Shown: positions 39,302 to 47,511, counted from the first letter of the stretch. The stretch: 64,000 bases of DNA from an uncultured Gammaproteobacteria bacterium (GCA_964448085.1 CAYUUX010000001.1:22465-86464); one strand, 5' to 3'. The notes: generated by a model from the sequence alone, not told the origin. Numbers and translations: made by a program.

Positions 39302-40404
39302 ATTGGTACCTCCAATTGCTTCACGGTACATTTTTTGATAAATTCCTCGTCCACTTCGTATCCCAGCCCCGGAATTTCGGATACTCGCGCCTCTCCCTCA
39401 ACGAGTTTAATCCCATTTGCAACGACATCTTTATCGAAATAGACCTCTGACGGAGACATATCAGCAGGCAAAGAAAACTCTGAAAGTGAGGCGGCTGCCA
39501 TGTTGTATGCTTTCCCGATTCCGCTTTCGATCATTCCTCCGCACCACAACGGAATATGTGCTTTTTTTGCAAGTTCATTAATGTCCCGTGTTTCGAGCAA
39601 GCTCCCGATTCTTCCCGGCTTAATATTAATGATTCTACATGCTCCAATCTCTATTGCCTGCCTCGCTTTCTCAAGACTCGTGATGCTTTCATCAAGGCAT
39701 ATCGGCGTAGCGATCTGTTTTTGCAGCTTCGCATGATCGATGATGTCATCAAATCCCAATGGTTGCTCAATCATCAAAAGATGATATGCATCCAACTTCT
39801 GCAATACCTTCAGATCTTTGAGCGTATATGATGAGTTCGCATCAACCATAAGGACAATATCCGGAAACGCACTTCGTATTCCGTCCACCAGCTCTATGTC
39901 CCAACCGGGTTTTATTTTTACTTTTATCCGCTTATATCCTTCTTCCAATCGTTTTTCCACGACTTCAAGGGTACGTTCCAAATTCGGCTGGATTCCAATA
40001 CTATCGCCAACTTCAATTTTTTTCCGCGTTCCACCCAGAAGCGTTGCCAAAGATATATGCTTTTCTTGCGAATCTATGGACCAAAGCGCGCATTCGACGC
40101 CGAATTTCGCGATTTTATGCTCGCGAATATATGCGGTTTTCGCAACATAGTCTGTAACGCTCGTTTCTTCGCTTCGCAACGCCGGGAGCAAAAAATCCCG
40201 CATGACGTGCCAGCATGTTTCAATCGTTTCCGATAGATACACCGGTGCTGTGAGTGCTGCCGATTCACCGTATCCGATGATATGATCGCTTGTTGTTAAT
40301 TTAACAAGCACGGTATCGCGCGACGGTATTGTACCGAAGCCTGTTACAAACGGTTCTTTCATCGGTATGTGTATGTGTAATAATTCTGCTTTTTCTATAT
40401 TCAT
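39286..40404 (-). CDS. enolase-superfamily enzyme, MLE subgroup (dipeptide epimerase / N-succinylamino-acid racemase / OSBS-like)
   Basis: KxK motif (RIKVKIKPG), metal ligands in MVDAN, MIEQP, CLDES, second catalytic Lys in INIKPGRIG; start at MNIEKAELL. Confidence 0.8.
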   Translation of the reverse strand: MNIEKAELLHIHIPMKEPFVTGFGTIPSRDTVLVKLTTSDHIIGYGESAALTAPVYLSETIETCWHVMRDFLLPALRSEETSVTDYVAKTAYIREHKIAKFGVECALWSIDSQEKHISLATLLGGTRKKIEVGDSIGIQPNLERTLEVVEKRLEEGYKRIKVKIKPGWDIELVDGIRSAFPDIVLMVDANSSYTLKDLKVLQKLDAYHLLMIEQPLGFDDIIDHAKLQKQIATPICLDESITSLEKARQAIEIGACRIINIKPGRIGSLLETRDINELAKKAHIPLWCGGMIESGIGKAYNMAAASLSEFSLPADMSPSEVYFDKDVVANGIKLVEGEARVSEIPGLGYEVDEEFIKKCTVKQLEVPIWKKH

Positions 40405-40412
40405 ATTCCTCC

Positions 40413-40682
40413 TTAAGAACCAGTCCATTCTGACGGACGATACCAATCATTCGGATCATCTCCGCCAATCTGTCTTTTCCCTAATCCATGACACATGTCA
40501 CACTCGCCCGTGTATTTATATAATCCGAAGCCGTGACATACATTGCAGTCACTTTTACAGAGATAATTTCCGTTCATGTTCATACTATGAGGACACGGTA
40601 CGTATTCATCATCAAAATACCCATATCCTTGACAGACTTCGCACGTCTCCCAATGATAATTCTGATAATTCTCTTTACTCAT
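40413..40682 (-). CDS. small Cys-rich protein with three DnaJ-type CxxCxGxG zinc-finger repeats
   Basis: CEVCQGYG, CNVCHGFG, CDMCHGLG repeats plus extra Cys/His; good RBS (AAAAGGAGCAAT-ATG); 9 nt upstream of the enolase-superfamily gene. Confidence 0.6.
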   Translation of the reverse strand: MSKENYQNYHWETCEVCQGYGYFDDEYVPCPHSMNMNGNYLCKSDCNVCHGFGLYKYTGECDMCHGLGKRQIGGDDPNDWYRPSEWTGS

Positions 40683-40836
40683 ATTGCTCCTTTTAAAAAT
40701 GTGTTTTATACCATAAAAAAGCCCTCCTTACGGAGGGTTTTCGTGAAGCTATGTATGGTTTTACTTAGGCACGCAAAAGTCCCCCCGTCTGAACGGGCAT
40801 CATAAAGTATTTATGAAAGGACTTTTGCACCATATG
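40683..40836 (-). ncRNA. structured 5' leader (riboswitch/attenuator-like): three-way junction plus terminator/antiterminator, class unassigned
   Basis: Minus-strand transcript from the predicted TSS contains 10 bp P1 (GCAAAAGUCC/GGACUUUUGC, plus 40773-40782/40819-40828) enclosing two hairpins (CAUAAA-UAC-UUUAUG and CCCGU-UCAG-ACGGG), then intrinsic terminator CCCUCC-GUAA-GGAGGG + UUUUUU (plus 40715-40738), then RBS and ATG. ACGGGGGG just 3' of the junction can alternatively pair with the terminator 5' arm CCCUCCGU (antiterminator). Confidence 0.5.
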
Positions 40837-40842
40837 AGAGAC

Positions 40843-40871
40843 ATAGTACAACGAAACGGAGTTCCAGTCAA
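40843..40871 (-). promoter_or_regulatory. sigma70 promoter for the leader/operon (TTGACT-17-TACTAT)
   Basis: Minus strand: TTGACT (plus 40866-40871), 17 nt spacer, TACTAT (plus 40843-40848). Confidence 0.5.
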
Positions 40872-40915
40872 ATGATCGTTTTCAGATATTTTTCAGAAGA
40901 TTCATGGTATGATGC

Positions 40916-41317
40916 ATGTACATGAAAAAAGAAATATACCTTTCCGTTACCGTAGCTGTTGTTCTTATAGCGGGAGTGCTTCTTTTTACGAAACGATCTT
41001 CCATACCCTCACCTTCAACGTCTGTACCAGTTTCCCAGGAGCCGATAGGCACGCAAACAACGACAAAAGAAGTTTCCCAAATTACCACCGCTGCGGTTTC
41101 ATCCCACAGCAGCGCTTCCAATTGCTGGATCATTCTCCAAAATAAAGCATATAACGTTACTACCTATCTCAGCCAACATCCGGGTGGAAGCGAGACCATA
41201 ATCCCGTATTGCGGTAAAGACGCAACGACAGCATTTAATACAATCAAAGACGGACGTGGTCATTCACCAAAGGCAATGGAAAATGCGTCACAATATTATG
41301 TTGGAGACGTGCTATAG
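40916..41317 (+). CDS. cytochrome b5-like heme-binding domain protein, membrane-anchored
   Basis: N-terminal TM; C-terminal TTYLSQHPGGSETIIPYCGKDATTAFNTIKDGRGHSPKA = cyt b5 fold signature (HPGG, second axial His region). Confidence 0.7.
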   Translation: MYMKKEIYLSVTVAVVLIAGVLLFTKRSSIPSPSTSVPVSQEPIGTQTTTKEVSQITTAAVSSHSSASNCWIILQNKAYNVTTYLSQHPGGSETIIPYCGKDATTAFNTIKDGRGHSPKAMENASQYYVGDVL

Positions 41318-41325
41318 GAGCATTC

Positions 41326-41604
41326 ATGAGAAACGCAGCTTTGTATCTTTGGTGCAAAAAAATTCATCGCATTTTTGTTGTGCTCATTTTTATTCTTGGC
41401 GTCATTATGTCCAGCTCAGGATATATGATGCATGAAAACGTATATTTCCTTCTTCCGGCATCTCAAATACGGACTCTCCATAATACATTCAGTACCCTTT
41501 TCGCTATCATCCTTGGTATCATGTCATTGACAGGATTGTATCTTTACGTGTTTCCATTTTTTCCCGTAAAAAAACCGGACCCACCGAAGCCATCAGTGAA
41601 TTGA
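41326..41604 (+). CDS. small membrane protein, hypothetical
   Basis: Two hydrophobic helices; no motif. Confidence 0.4.
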   Translation: MRNAALYLWCKKIHRIFVVLIFILGVIMSSSGYMMHENVYFLLPASQIRTLHNTFSTLFAIILGIMSLTGLYLYVFPFFPVKKPDPPKPSVN

Positions 41605-42066
41605 TGTTATATTGTATCGCACAACTCCCGTTGGAATCGTAACAACAATAGTTTCCCCGTTGCGTTTTCCCATAAGTGCCTTCCCTATTGGAGACAAGTG
41701 GGAAATCGTCTGTTCCTTTGGATTTGATTCATATCCTCCTACGATGGTATAAGTCATGGTTTTCTTGCCATCCGTTATGGTGACAGTACTCCCTATATCA
41801 ATTTGCCCTGTTTTTGTTGAAGGAACGACTATACCAAACCGTATAAGACGCTCCAAGTGGCGCAGCCGTGCGTCTACTGCTGATAATTTCGCCCTGGAAG
41901 CTTTATAGTATCCGTTCTCCGAAAGATCACCCATCTCTCGAGCTTTCCTTAAATGATCCACTGCTTCCGGTCGTTCTGCAATAAGTTTTTTCTTTTCATC
42001 CAAGACCTTTTTATATCCGGATTCTGTGAACGGAATTCGACGAGGTTTTTGTATTATTTGTTTCAT
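41593..42066 (-). CDS. GreA/GreB-family transcription elongation factor (second paralog)
   Basis: Coiled-coil N-domain with acidic tip GDLSENGYY and C-terminal FKBP-like domain (…ISHLSPIGKALMGKRNGETIVV…). Confidence 0.85.
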   Translation of the reverse strand: MKQIIQKPRRIPFTESGYKKVLDEKKKLIAERPEAVDHLRKAREMGDLSENGYYKASRAKLSAVDARLRHLERLIRFGIVVPSTKTGQIDIGSTVTITDGKKTMTYTIVGGYESNPKEQTISHLSPIGKALMGKRNGETIVVTIPTGVVRYNITSIH

Positions 42067-42068
42067 AC

Positions 42069-42527
42069 CTATTCCAATGAAGCAATATCATCCAGTACCT
42101 GACCTGCATGGATGAGAGGATTTACATGTTCATACGTCTTTTTCACATCTCCTTGCGGATCAATAAGAACGGTCGTCCTTTTAATTCCTTCGTATTCCCT
42201 CCCCATAAATTTTTTCTTTCCCCATGCGCCATATGCGTTGATTATTTTCTTGGATTCGTCACTGAGGAGAGGAAAATTGAGATGATACTTTTTTGCGAAA
42301 CGTTCGTGCGAGGCTACCCCATCTTTTGAAACACCAAGAATGACAGTGTTGTATTTTTTCAACTCGTCGGCGATATCACGAAATCCGCACGCTTCTTTTG
42401 TGCATCCCGGAGTATCGTCTTTTGGATAAAAATACAAAATAATCCACTTCCCCCTATAATCGGTAAGAGTATGCACCATTCCCTTTTGATCGGGAAGTGA
42501 AAATGGCACAGCCTTCATAAGGATCAT
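42069..42527 (-). CDS. bcp: thiol peroxidase Bcp (AhpC/TSA family peroxiredoxin)
   Basis: YFYPKDDTPGCTKEACGFRD: peroxidatic Cys in the PxxxTxxC motif plus resolving Cys five residues later. Confidence 0.85.
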   Translation of the reverse strand: MILMKAVPFSLPDQKGMVHTLTDYRGKWIILYFYPKDDTPGCTKEACGFRDIADELKKYNTVILGVSKDGVASHERFAKKYHLNFPLLSDESKKIINAYGAWGKKKFMGREYEGIKRTTVLIDPQGDVKKTYEHVNPLIHAGQVLDDIASLE

Positions 42528-43096
42528 CTAACTAACCCAAGCGGCATATACCATGTGAATGGCTTTTGACATACCGGACATTTTTCCGGCGGTTTCTTAC
42601 CTTTATGGATATATCCACAGTTCACACATTTCCACTCAAGCTCAACGTTTTGATCATAAAGTGTCTTTTCATCAAGATGTTTTGCCAGGATGATATATCG
42701 TTCTTCATGTTTTTCTTCAACTTTTTTCAAATTGCCGAATAATCGTGTCGCTTCCGGATCTTTTTCCTCTATCGCAATTTTCTCAAAATCCGGGTACATG
42801 GTTGTCCATTCGTATTTTTCTCCCTCAGCTGCCATTTTGAGATTTTCAACTGTATTAGATGAATACGCATGAATGTCCAACGTGATATTCGGCACGCTGA
42901 CGGATCCTTTGATCATCTCAAATAGTTCTTCTGCGTGTGCTCGCTCATTGTCACCTGTCTCCTCAAATACCCGAGCTATCCATTCCAAGTTTTCTTTCCT
43001 GGCCATCTTGGCAAACATGTTGTATTTATTTCTCGCCTGGGATTCCCCGGCAAACGCTTTCAGTAAGTTTTGTTGGGTAAGAGATGATGTATTCAT
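42524..43096 (-). CDS. rubrerythrin (diiron four-helix bundle plus C-terminal rubredoxin-like domain)
   Basis: LLKAFAGESQARNKY, ExxH diiron motifs (ERAHAEE; EEKHEER), C-terminal CVNCGY…CPVCQ. Confidence 0.85.
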   Translation of the reverse strand: MNTSSLTQQNLLKAFAGESQARNKYNMFAKMARKENLEWIARVFEETGDNERAHAEELFEMIKGSVSVPNITLDIHAYSSNTVENLKMAAEGEKYEWTTMYPDFEKIAIEEKDPEATRLFGNLKKVEEKHEERYIILAKHLDEKTLYDQNVELEWKCVNCGYIHKGKKPPEKCPVCQKPFTWYMPLGLVR

Positions 43097-43125
43097 AATG
43101 CCTCCATTATACAACGATTATACAA

Positions 43126-43392
43126 TTATTTTCCCCTCCTTTTTATCCAATAGTGTTTCACAATAGGGAGCGTTAACGTGGACAGAAAGAATCCAATAGA
43201 AGGGACGATGGCATTTAACCAGGGAGCGGAAACACCAATCATGCGCAAATAGAATCCTATGGCGATGTATGTGCAGAACATCAATATGATTTTGCGTATC
43301 CAACTTGTTTCCCACTGCTTGTCCAATTCCACTCGCCTATTTCTTTCTTCAATGAATTTAACACGCTTTTCTAAATCTTCAATTGTATGCAT
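43126..43392 (-). CDS. small membrane protein with N-terminal coiled coil, hypothetical
   Basis: IEDLEKRVKFIEERNRRVELDK then two TM segments. Confidence 0.4.
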   Translation of the reverse strand: MHTIEDLEKRVKFIEERNRRVELDKQWETSWIRKIILMFCTYIAIGFYLRMIGVSAPWLNAIVPSIGFFLSTLTLPIVKHYWIKRRGK

Positions 43393-43394
43393 AG

Positions 43395-44099
43395 TTATTT
43401 CTCGATAATCTCAATTGCTTTTACCACAACCGGCTTGATGGGTGTCGATCGTTCCCCTTCCTGTTTTGTTGGGGCTGTCGCAATCTTGTCAACCACATCC
43501 ATACCGCTTATAACCTTTCCAAAAATCACGTAATTTTTTGGTAACGCGTTGTTTTGATGCATAATGAAAAACTGGCTTCCGTTCGTATTCGGTCCTGCAT
43601 TTGCCATTGCCAACGTTCCCCTCGTATATTCACCCGTAAAGGGCTCGTCGTTAAACACATACCCCGGTCCTCCTGTGCCGTTCCCCTTTGGATCACCGCC
43701 TTGAATCATGAATCCATCAATCACACGGTGGAATATAGTATTGTCATAAAAGAGTTTTTTTGAAAGAACGACAAAATTGTTCACGGTAATTGGCGTTGCA
43801 CTTGCCGTTAACGAAACGGTTATGTCGCCAAGATCAGTTTTTAGAATCGCTTCATACATTTTCTTCGTATCAATCTCCATAGGATAGGGTCCTTTCGTTG
43901 GTTCCGGTGTCGCTGTGGCGGTCGGTTTCATCGTCGGGGTGGATGGGGTCGTTGTTTGGGTTGGTATTTCCTGTATCGGAATGACCGTTTCTCCCAACAC
44001 ATCTTTTGTTATGTCCTGTGGCCTGGACCGTTGCCATAACGCAATGCCCAACACCATCATCCAAACGAAAATCGCTGCGGCACCAATCTTTTTTACCAT
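43395..44099 (-). CDS. ppiB: cyclophilin-type peptidyl-prolyl cis-trans isomerase, membrane-anchored with T/P-rich linker
   Basis: FHRVIDGFMIQGGDP, GPNTNGSQFFI cyclophilin blocks; N-terminal TM plus TTPSTPTMKPTATATPEPT linker. Confidence 0.9.
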   Translation of the reverse strand: MVKKIGAAAIFVWMMVLGIALWQRSRPQDITKDVLGETVIPIQEIPTQTTTPSTPTMKPTATATPEPTKGPYPMEIDTKKMYEAILKTDLGDITVSLTASATPITVNNFVVLSKKLFYDNTIFHRVIDGFMIQGGDPKGNGTGGPGYVFNDEPFTGEYTRGTLAMANAGPNTNGSQFFIMHQNNALPKNYVIFGKVISGMDVVDKIATAPTKQEGERSTPIKPVVVKAIEIIEK

Positions 44100-44117
44100 T
44101 GCATTAGTATAGCAAAA

Positions 44118-44846
44118 TTATTTTTGCATCGCCTGTTTCCGGAGTGTTTGCGGCATGAGTTCGATGGCATACCGAAGCGCGGTTCGTGGCATATCCTTTT
44201 TATACTTCATTACATATGTAAATACTTCCTGTTGGTGCATTCGACTTGCCTCTTTCAGCATCCATCCATATCCTTTTTGCACCATATCGTCCTTGTCTTT
44301 TAGAAGCCGGTCTGCAATTGCAAAAATATCTGCGAGATGTTTTCCCTTTCGCGCTATGAATATCAGTGACACAGCCGATGCCCGTCGCACCCACCGGTTG
44401 CTCGAATCTGTCCATTTTTTTAGTGTCTGTATATGTTCCGGATACATCGCGATGAGGTCGCCAACCGTATGGTTAGCAAATCCATCACATGAAGCCCAAT
44501 TATTAATATAGGTTTGTATCCATCTATGAAACACGTGTATATCTTTGGAAGCAAAATCTTTGGATATGTGTGGCAACCAATAGGATACAACAAACGATTC
44601 TTCGCATATTCCAGACTTATATAATGCTTCACACGTTGTGAAAATGGTTTCTTTCGACAACTTTTTAATCTGTTGCCAATAGCGTCGAGCAATATCCCGC
44701 ACAGTTCCCGTTTTTACACCATAAAATTTCACCGGATCTTTAAAAAATTGTTCAAACCCTGCTTTTTTTGAAGCGTCGCTTTGACGTATTAACTCTTTCC
44801 TCAAAGATTGTACTATGTCGTTTTGCATATTCCTCTCAATCAACAC
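44118..44846 (-). CDS. DNA alkylation repair enzyme, AlkD/AlkC-like HEAT-repeat glycosylase family
   Basis: All-helical about 240 aa with family-typical W/Y-rich HEAT-like repeats (…WIQTYINNWASCDGF…VQKGYGWMLKE…). Confidence 0.7.
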   Translation of the reverse strand: MLIERNMQNDIVQSLRKELIRQSDASKKAGFEQFFKDPVKFYGVKTGTVRDIARRYWQQIKKLSKETIFTTCEALYKSGICEESFVVSYWLPHISKDFASKDIHVFHRWIQTYINNWASCDGFANHTVGDLIAMYPEHIQTLKKWTDSSNRWVRRASAVSLIFIARKGKHLADIFAIADRLLKDKDDMVQKGYGWMLKEASRMHQQEVFTYVMKYKKDMPRTALRYAIELMPQTLRKQAMQK

Positions 44847-45252
44847 ACAATGCTTTATCTGTTATACCGAAATGCACTTCCCGAAAACAACCAAGCATCG
44901 GTCGTACGGATGCACATTGACCAATTGAAACAATAGTTTTGTCGGATTCGCTTGTTGCGATACATTGTTGAGAGTTACATTGAAATCCACCTACACAAAC
45001 ATTCCCACCATCCGTGAAACGAAATACACATGTTAGGGAGAAGGACAACCCTATACTCTCCCATGTTCCACCAATTGTTTGACATGCTTCCTTCGATCCT
45101 GGTGTAGACGGCATTGCTCCTTTCAGTAATAGTGTGAGCTGTCTATCCATAAGGGGATATACAGTAAATCGTACTTGCTCCAGAATTCCTATATACAAAA
45201 AAACCAGCAGTATTGAGATATATACGGTTATTTTGGTAAACCTAATCCTCAT
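44836..45252 (-). CDS. small secreted Cys-rich hypothetical protein
   Basis: N-terminal TM/signal; 10 Cys in about 100 aa mature region. Confidence 0.4.
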   Translation of the reverse strand: MRIRFTKITVYISILLVFLYIGILEQVRFTVYPLMDRQLTLLLKGAMPSTPGSKEACQTIGGTWESIGLSFSLTCVFRFTDGGNVCVGGFQCNSQQCIATSESDKTIVSIGQCASVRPMLGCFREVHFGITDKALCVD

Positions 45253-45821
45253 AGATATTTGTCAAAGGTTTTCAGAACGTTTATTCGCCCTTCATGCGTT
45301 TTTGCACTATACGGAATGACATATTCGGATTGGCAAATCTTTGCAATTTCCTCTAGATGCGCAGTTCTTTCCTGATTGGGCACTTTGTCGATTTTGTTTG
45401 CAATGATTATGAACGGAACCCCTATCTTGGAAAGATACTCAACCATTTGTCTGTCAAATTCCGTCAAACCGACAAAACTATCCACGATGTGAACAAACAA
45501 TCTACGCTGTATATTCGCATATTCCACATACCACATCATCATCTTCCTATACCGTTCCCGCTCTTGCGATGAGGTATGCGCAAATCCGTAACCCGGAAGA
45601 TCCACAAAATATACCTTGTTGTTTATAAGGAAAAAATCAAGATGTTTTGTCTTTCCTGGAGCCTTACTTGATCGGGCTAGTTTTTGCTGCACCAAAGAAT
45701 TGATCACGCTGGATTTCCCCACATTTGATCTACCAACAAAGGCTATCTGAAACTTCCCGTCGTAGAGAATCTTATCCGTTCCGTTGATACTTTTGATAAA
45801 TGAAGCTGTTTTTATAATCAT
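45249..45821 (-). CDS. engB: ribosome biogenesis GTP-binding protein YsxC/YihA (EngB)
   Basis: G1 GRSNVGKSS, G3 DLPGYG, G4 ANKID. Confidence 0.9.
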   Translation of the reverse strand: MIIKTASFIKSINGTDKILYDGKFQIAFVGRSNVGKSSVINSLVQQKLARSSKAPGKTKHLDFFLINNKVYFVDLPGYGFAHTSSQERERYRKMMMWYVEYANIQRRLFVHIVDSFVGLTEFDRQMVEYLSKIGVPFIIIANKIDKVPNQERTAHLEEIAKICQSEYVIPYSAKTHEGRINVLKTFDKYL

Positions 45822-45927
45822 TGCGTTCTTATTCCTTTACAACACGCTCATTATAACAAGTTCCGACACGAACACCTATTTATCCTTATTGAATCCTATA
45901 GTTATAATCAAATTTCGCTATTATAGC

Positions 45928-45956
45928 TTGATAAAACAGTATAAACTCCATATAAT
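45928..45956 (+). promoter_or_regulatory. consensus-like sigma70 promoter (TTGATA-17-TATAAT) for the 45968 ORF
   Basis: TTGATA 45928-45933, 17 nt spacer, TATAAT 45951-45956; ATG at 45968 with no Shine-Dalgarno sequence, so leaderless or near-leaderless. Confidence 0.5.
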
Positions 45957-45967
45957 GCAATTTCACT

Positions 45968-46996
45968 ATGGGTTTGGAACAAGAACCAAATGCAGGGTTT
46001 TTTGTGGGCAATTTTTTCCATGTTCTTCCTGTGGATGAACTGGAAGAGTATAACCATTCTAATGTTCTGTACTGGGAATCACAGCACGCCGAACCAAAAG
46101 TAATGGTTGAACGATTTTTGGAACAAGATGCAGGCTTTTTCCCCAACCGAATGGTTATTCCACGAATTATTTTATCTCCCCAGGAAACAGATAGAATACA
46201 ATCGGCACTGCTCCAAGGCATACAAGATCACTATTCCATGGGTGTACGATCCGTTGCCAATAAATCGCTTGAATCCGGAGACACCTTACCGTGGATTATG
46301 GAACTGGATTCCTCCCATAAAGTTGATGTGTTCCTACACGATACGCTTCCATCATGGAATAAACAGGCTGATGAAGAGGGATACGAACTCACGAAATTAA
46401 TTTTAATGAAAAACCCTCCTGAACTTGGTACGATGCAGTCAAACCCTGATCAGTTTGTCGCACGATTGCAATGGATCAATCCGGAACAAACGGAAAGGGA
46501 TCTTCCTCATACACTCATGAGAATAGAAATGGCCGTTGGTACCAATAAGCTTCGCGAACTGGATAGAAGGATGGAAAAGCCGGGGAACGGATCGCTTATC
46601 CGATATGAAGGACTATATTCCTTAACCGACGTGTTTTCCCACGCAACGATTGACATTGGCAACACCTATGTAAACCCAGCATGTATGGAAAAAGCACGAT
46701 CTAAAATGTCATTTGTAACTGATCAGGCACTCACATTAAAGAGTGCTGATAAAATTGACCCATATGTTGCCGCTACCATGCGTTCTTTTTTTTCGTTCTT
46801 ACAAGAAAACATAAACGATCCAAATATCCAGTTATTGAAACGGTTCGACTTTCTTGCATCCATTGGGTTAACTGATATTGAATTTCAAGGATTTAATAAC
46901 CACAAATGGGGAGTATATATTTATGGACTTCGTGGTATGTACGATGAAACACGCCTGAATATTCTCAAAGCTGAATGCTTTAAATCAAGGAGCTAA
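45968..46996 (+). CDS. orphan cytoplasmic hypothetical protein (342 aa)
   Basis: No TM or signal, no motif I can assign; lone plus-strand gene between minus-strand blocks. Confidence 0.5.
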   Translation: MGLEQEPNAGFFVGNFFHVLPVDELEEYNHSNVLYWESQHAEPKVMVERFLEQDAGFFPNRMVIPRIILSPQETDRIQSALLQGIQDHYSMGVRSVANKSLESGDTLPWIMELDSSHKVDVFLHDTLPSWNKQADEEGYELTKLILMKNPPELGTMQSNPDQFVARLQWINPEQTERDLPHTLMRIEMAVGTNKLRELDRRMEKPGNGSLIRYEGLYSLTDVFSHATIDIGNTYVNPACMEKARSKMSFVTDQALTLKSADKIDPYVAATMRSFFSFLQENINDPNIQLLKRFDFLASIGLTDIEFQGFNNHKWGVYIYGLRGMYDETRLNILKAECFKSRS

Positions 46997-47511
46997 GGTC
47001 CAGTTGAAATCGCGGCGATTTTCCAAACACCATCTTCTAACTGTAATTGCACCCACCTGGTATTAATACCATTTTCATATCCGTAATATGGAATCAAAGC
47101 GTTTGCCGAAAGGTCACTCATAACAACGTCCAATAGAACCTTGTAGGTTTTCTGTTTTTCTGTCCATTTTTCTTTTTCAGATGGTTCTATTGATTGTATT
47201 TGTACCGATTCAAACGCATTCAATTGTGTACTCCATGCCTGTTTATCCAAATCGTCTGCTATAGCGGGGGTACTCATCATCAAGACAGCATCCACTATTT
47301 CTTTCTTTGCTATTTTTTGAAAAAATATTCTGATTGTGTCACTTGCCGCGTCGCTCACGGTTGTCGATTCAACCATTGAACTATTTTGTGTTTGCAATCC
47401 TACTTTTGAAGATGGATTTTGTAAAATCTGTTGGCCTTTGTTTGATTGCATAAACAATACTCCACCGGTTACCAAAGCTATCAAGAGGACACCAATGAGT
47501 ATTTTATTCAT
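46993..47511 (-). CDS. membrane-anchored hypothetical protein
   Basis: N-terminal TM LIGVLLIALVTGGVLF; remaining about 140 aa predicted alpha+beta. Confidence 0.45.
   Translation of the reverse strand: MNKILIGVLLIALVTGGVLFMQSNKGQQILQNPSSKVGLQTQNSSMVESTTVSDAASDTIRIFFQKIAKKEIVDAVLMMSTPAIADDLDKQAWSTQLNAFESVQIQSIEPSEKEKWTEKQKTYKVLLDVVMSDLSANALIPYYGYENGINTRWVQLQLEDGVWKIAAISTGP

Noticed and set aside
40715-40741. Terminator hairpin as the end of a plus-strand transcript
   Set aside because: No plus-strand gene lies upstream, and the plus-side T-run is only 4 nt versus U6 on the minus side. In context it fits the expression platform of the minus-strand leader.
40773-40828. Assigning the three-way junction to a known riboswitch class (purine, guanidine-II/mini-ykkC, preQ1)
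   Set aside because: Hairpin loops are 3-4 nt (UAC, UCAG), not the 7-nt purine-riboswitch loops or ACGR loops of guanidine-II. No preQ1 or fluoride-like pseudoknot consensus was seen. Left unclassified.
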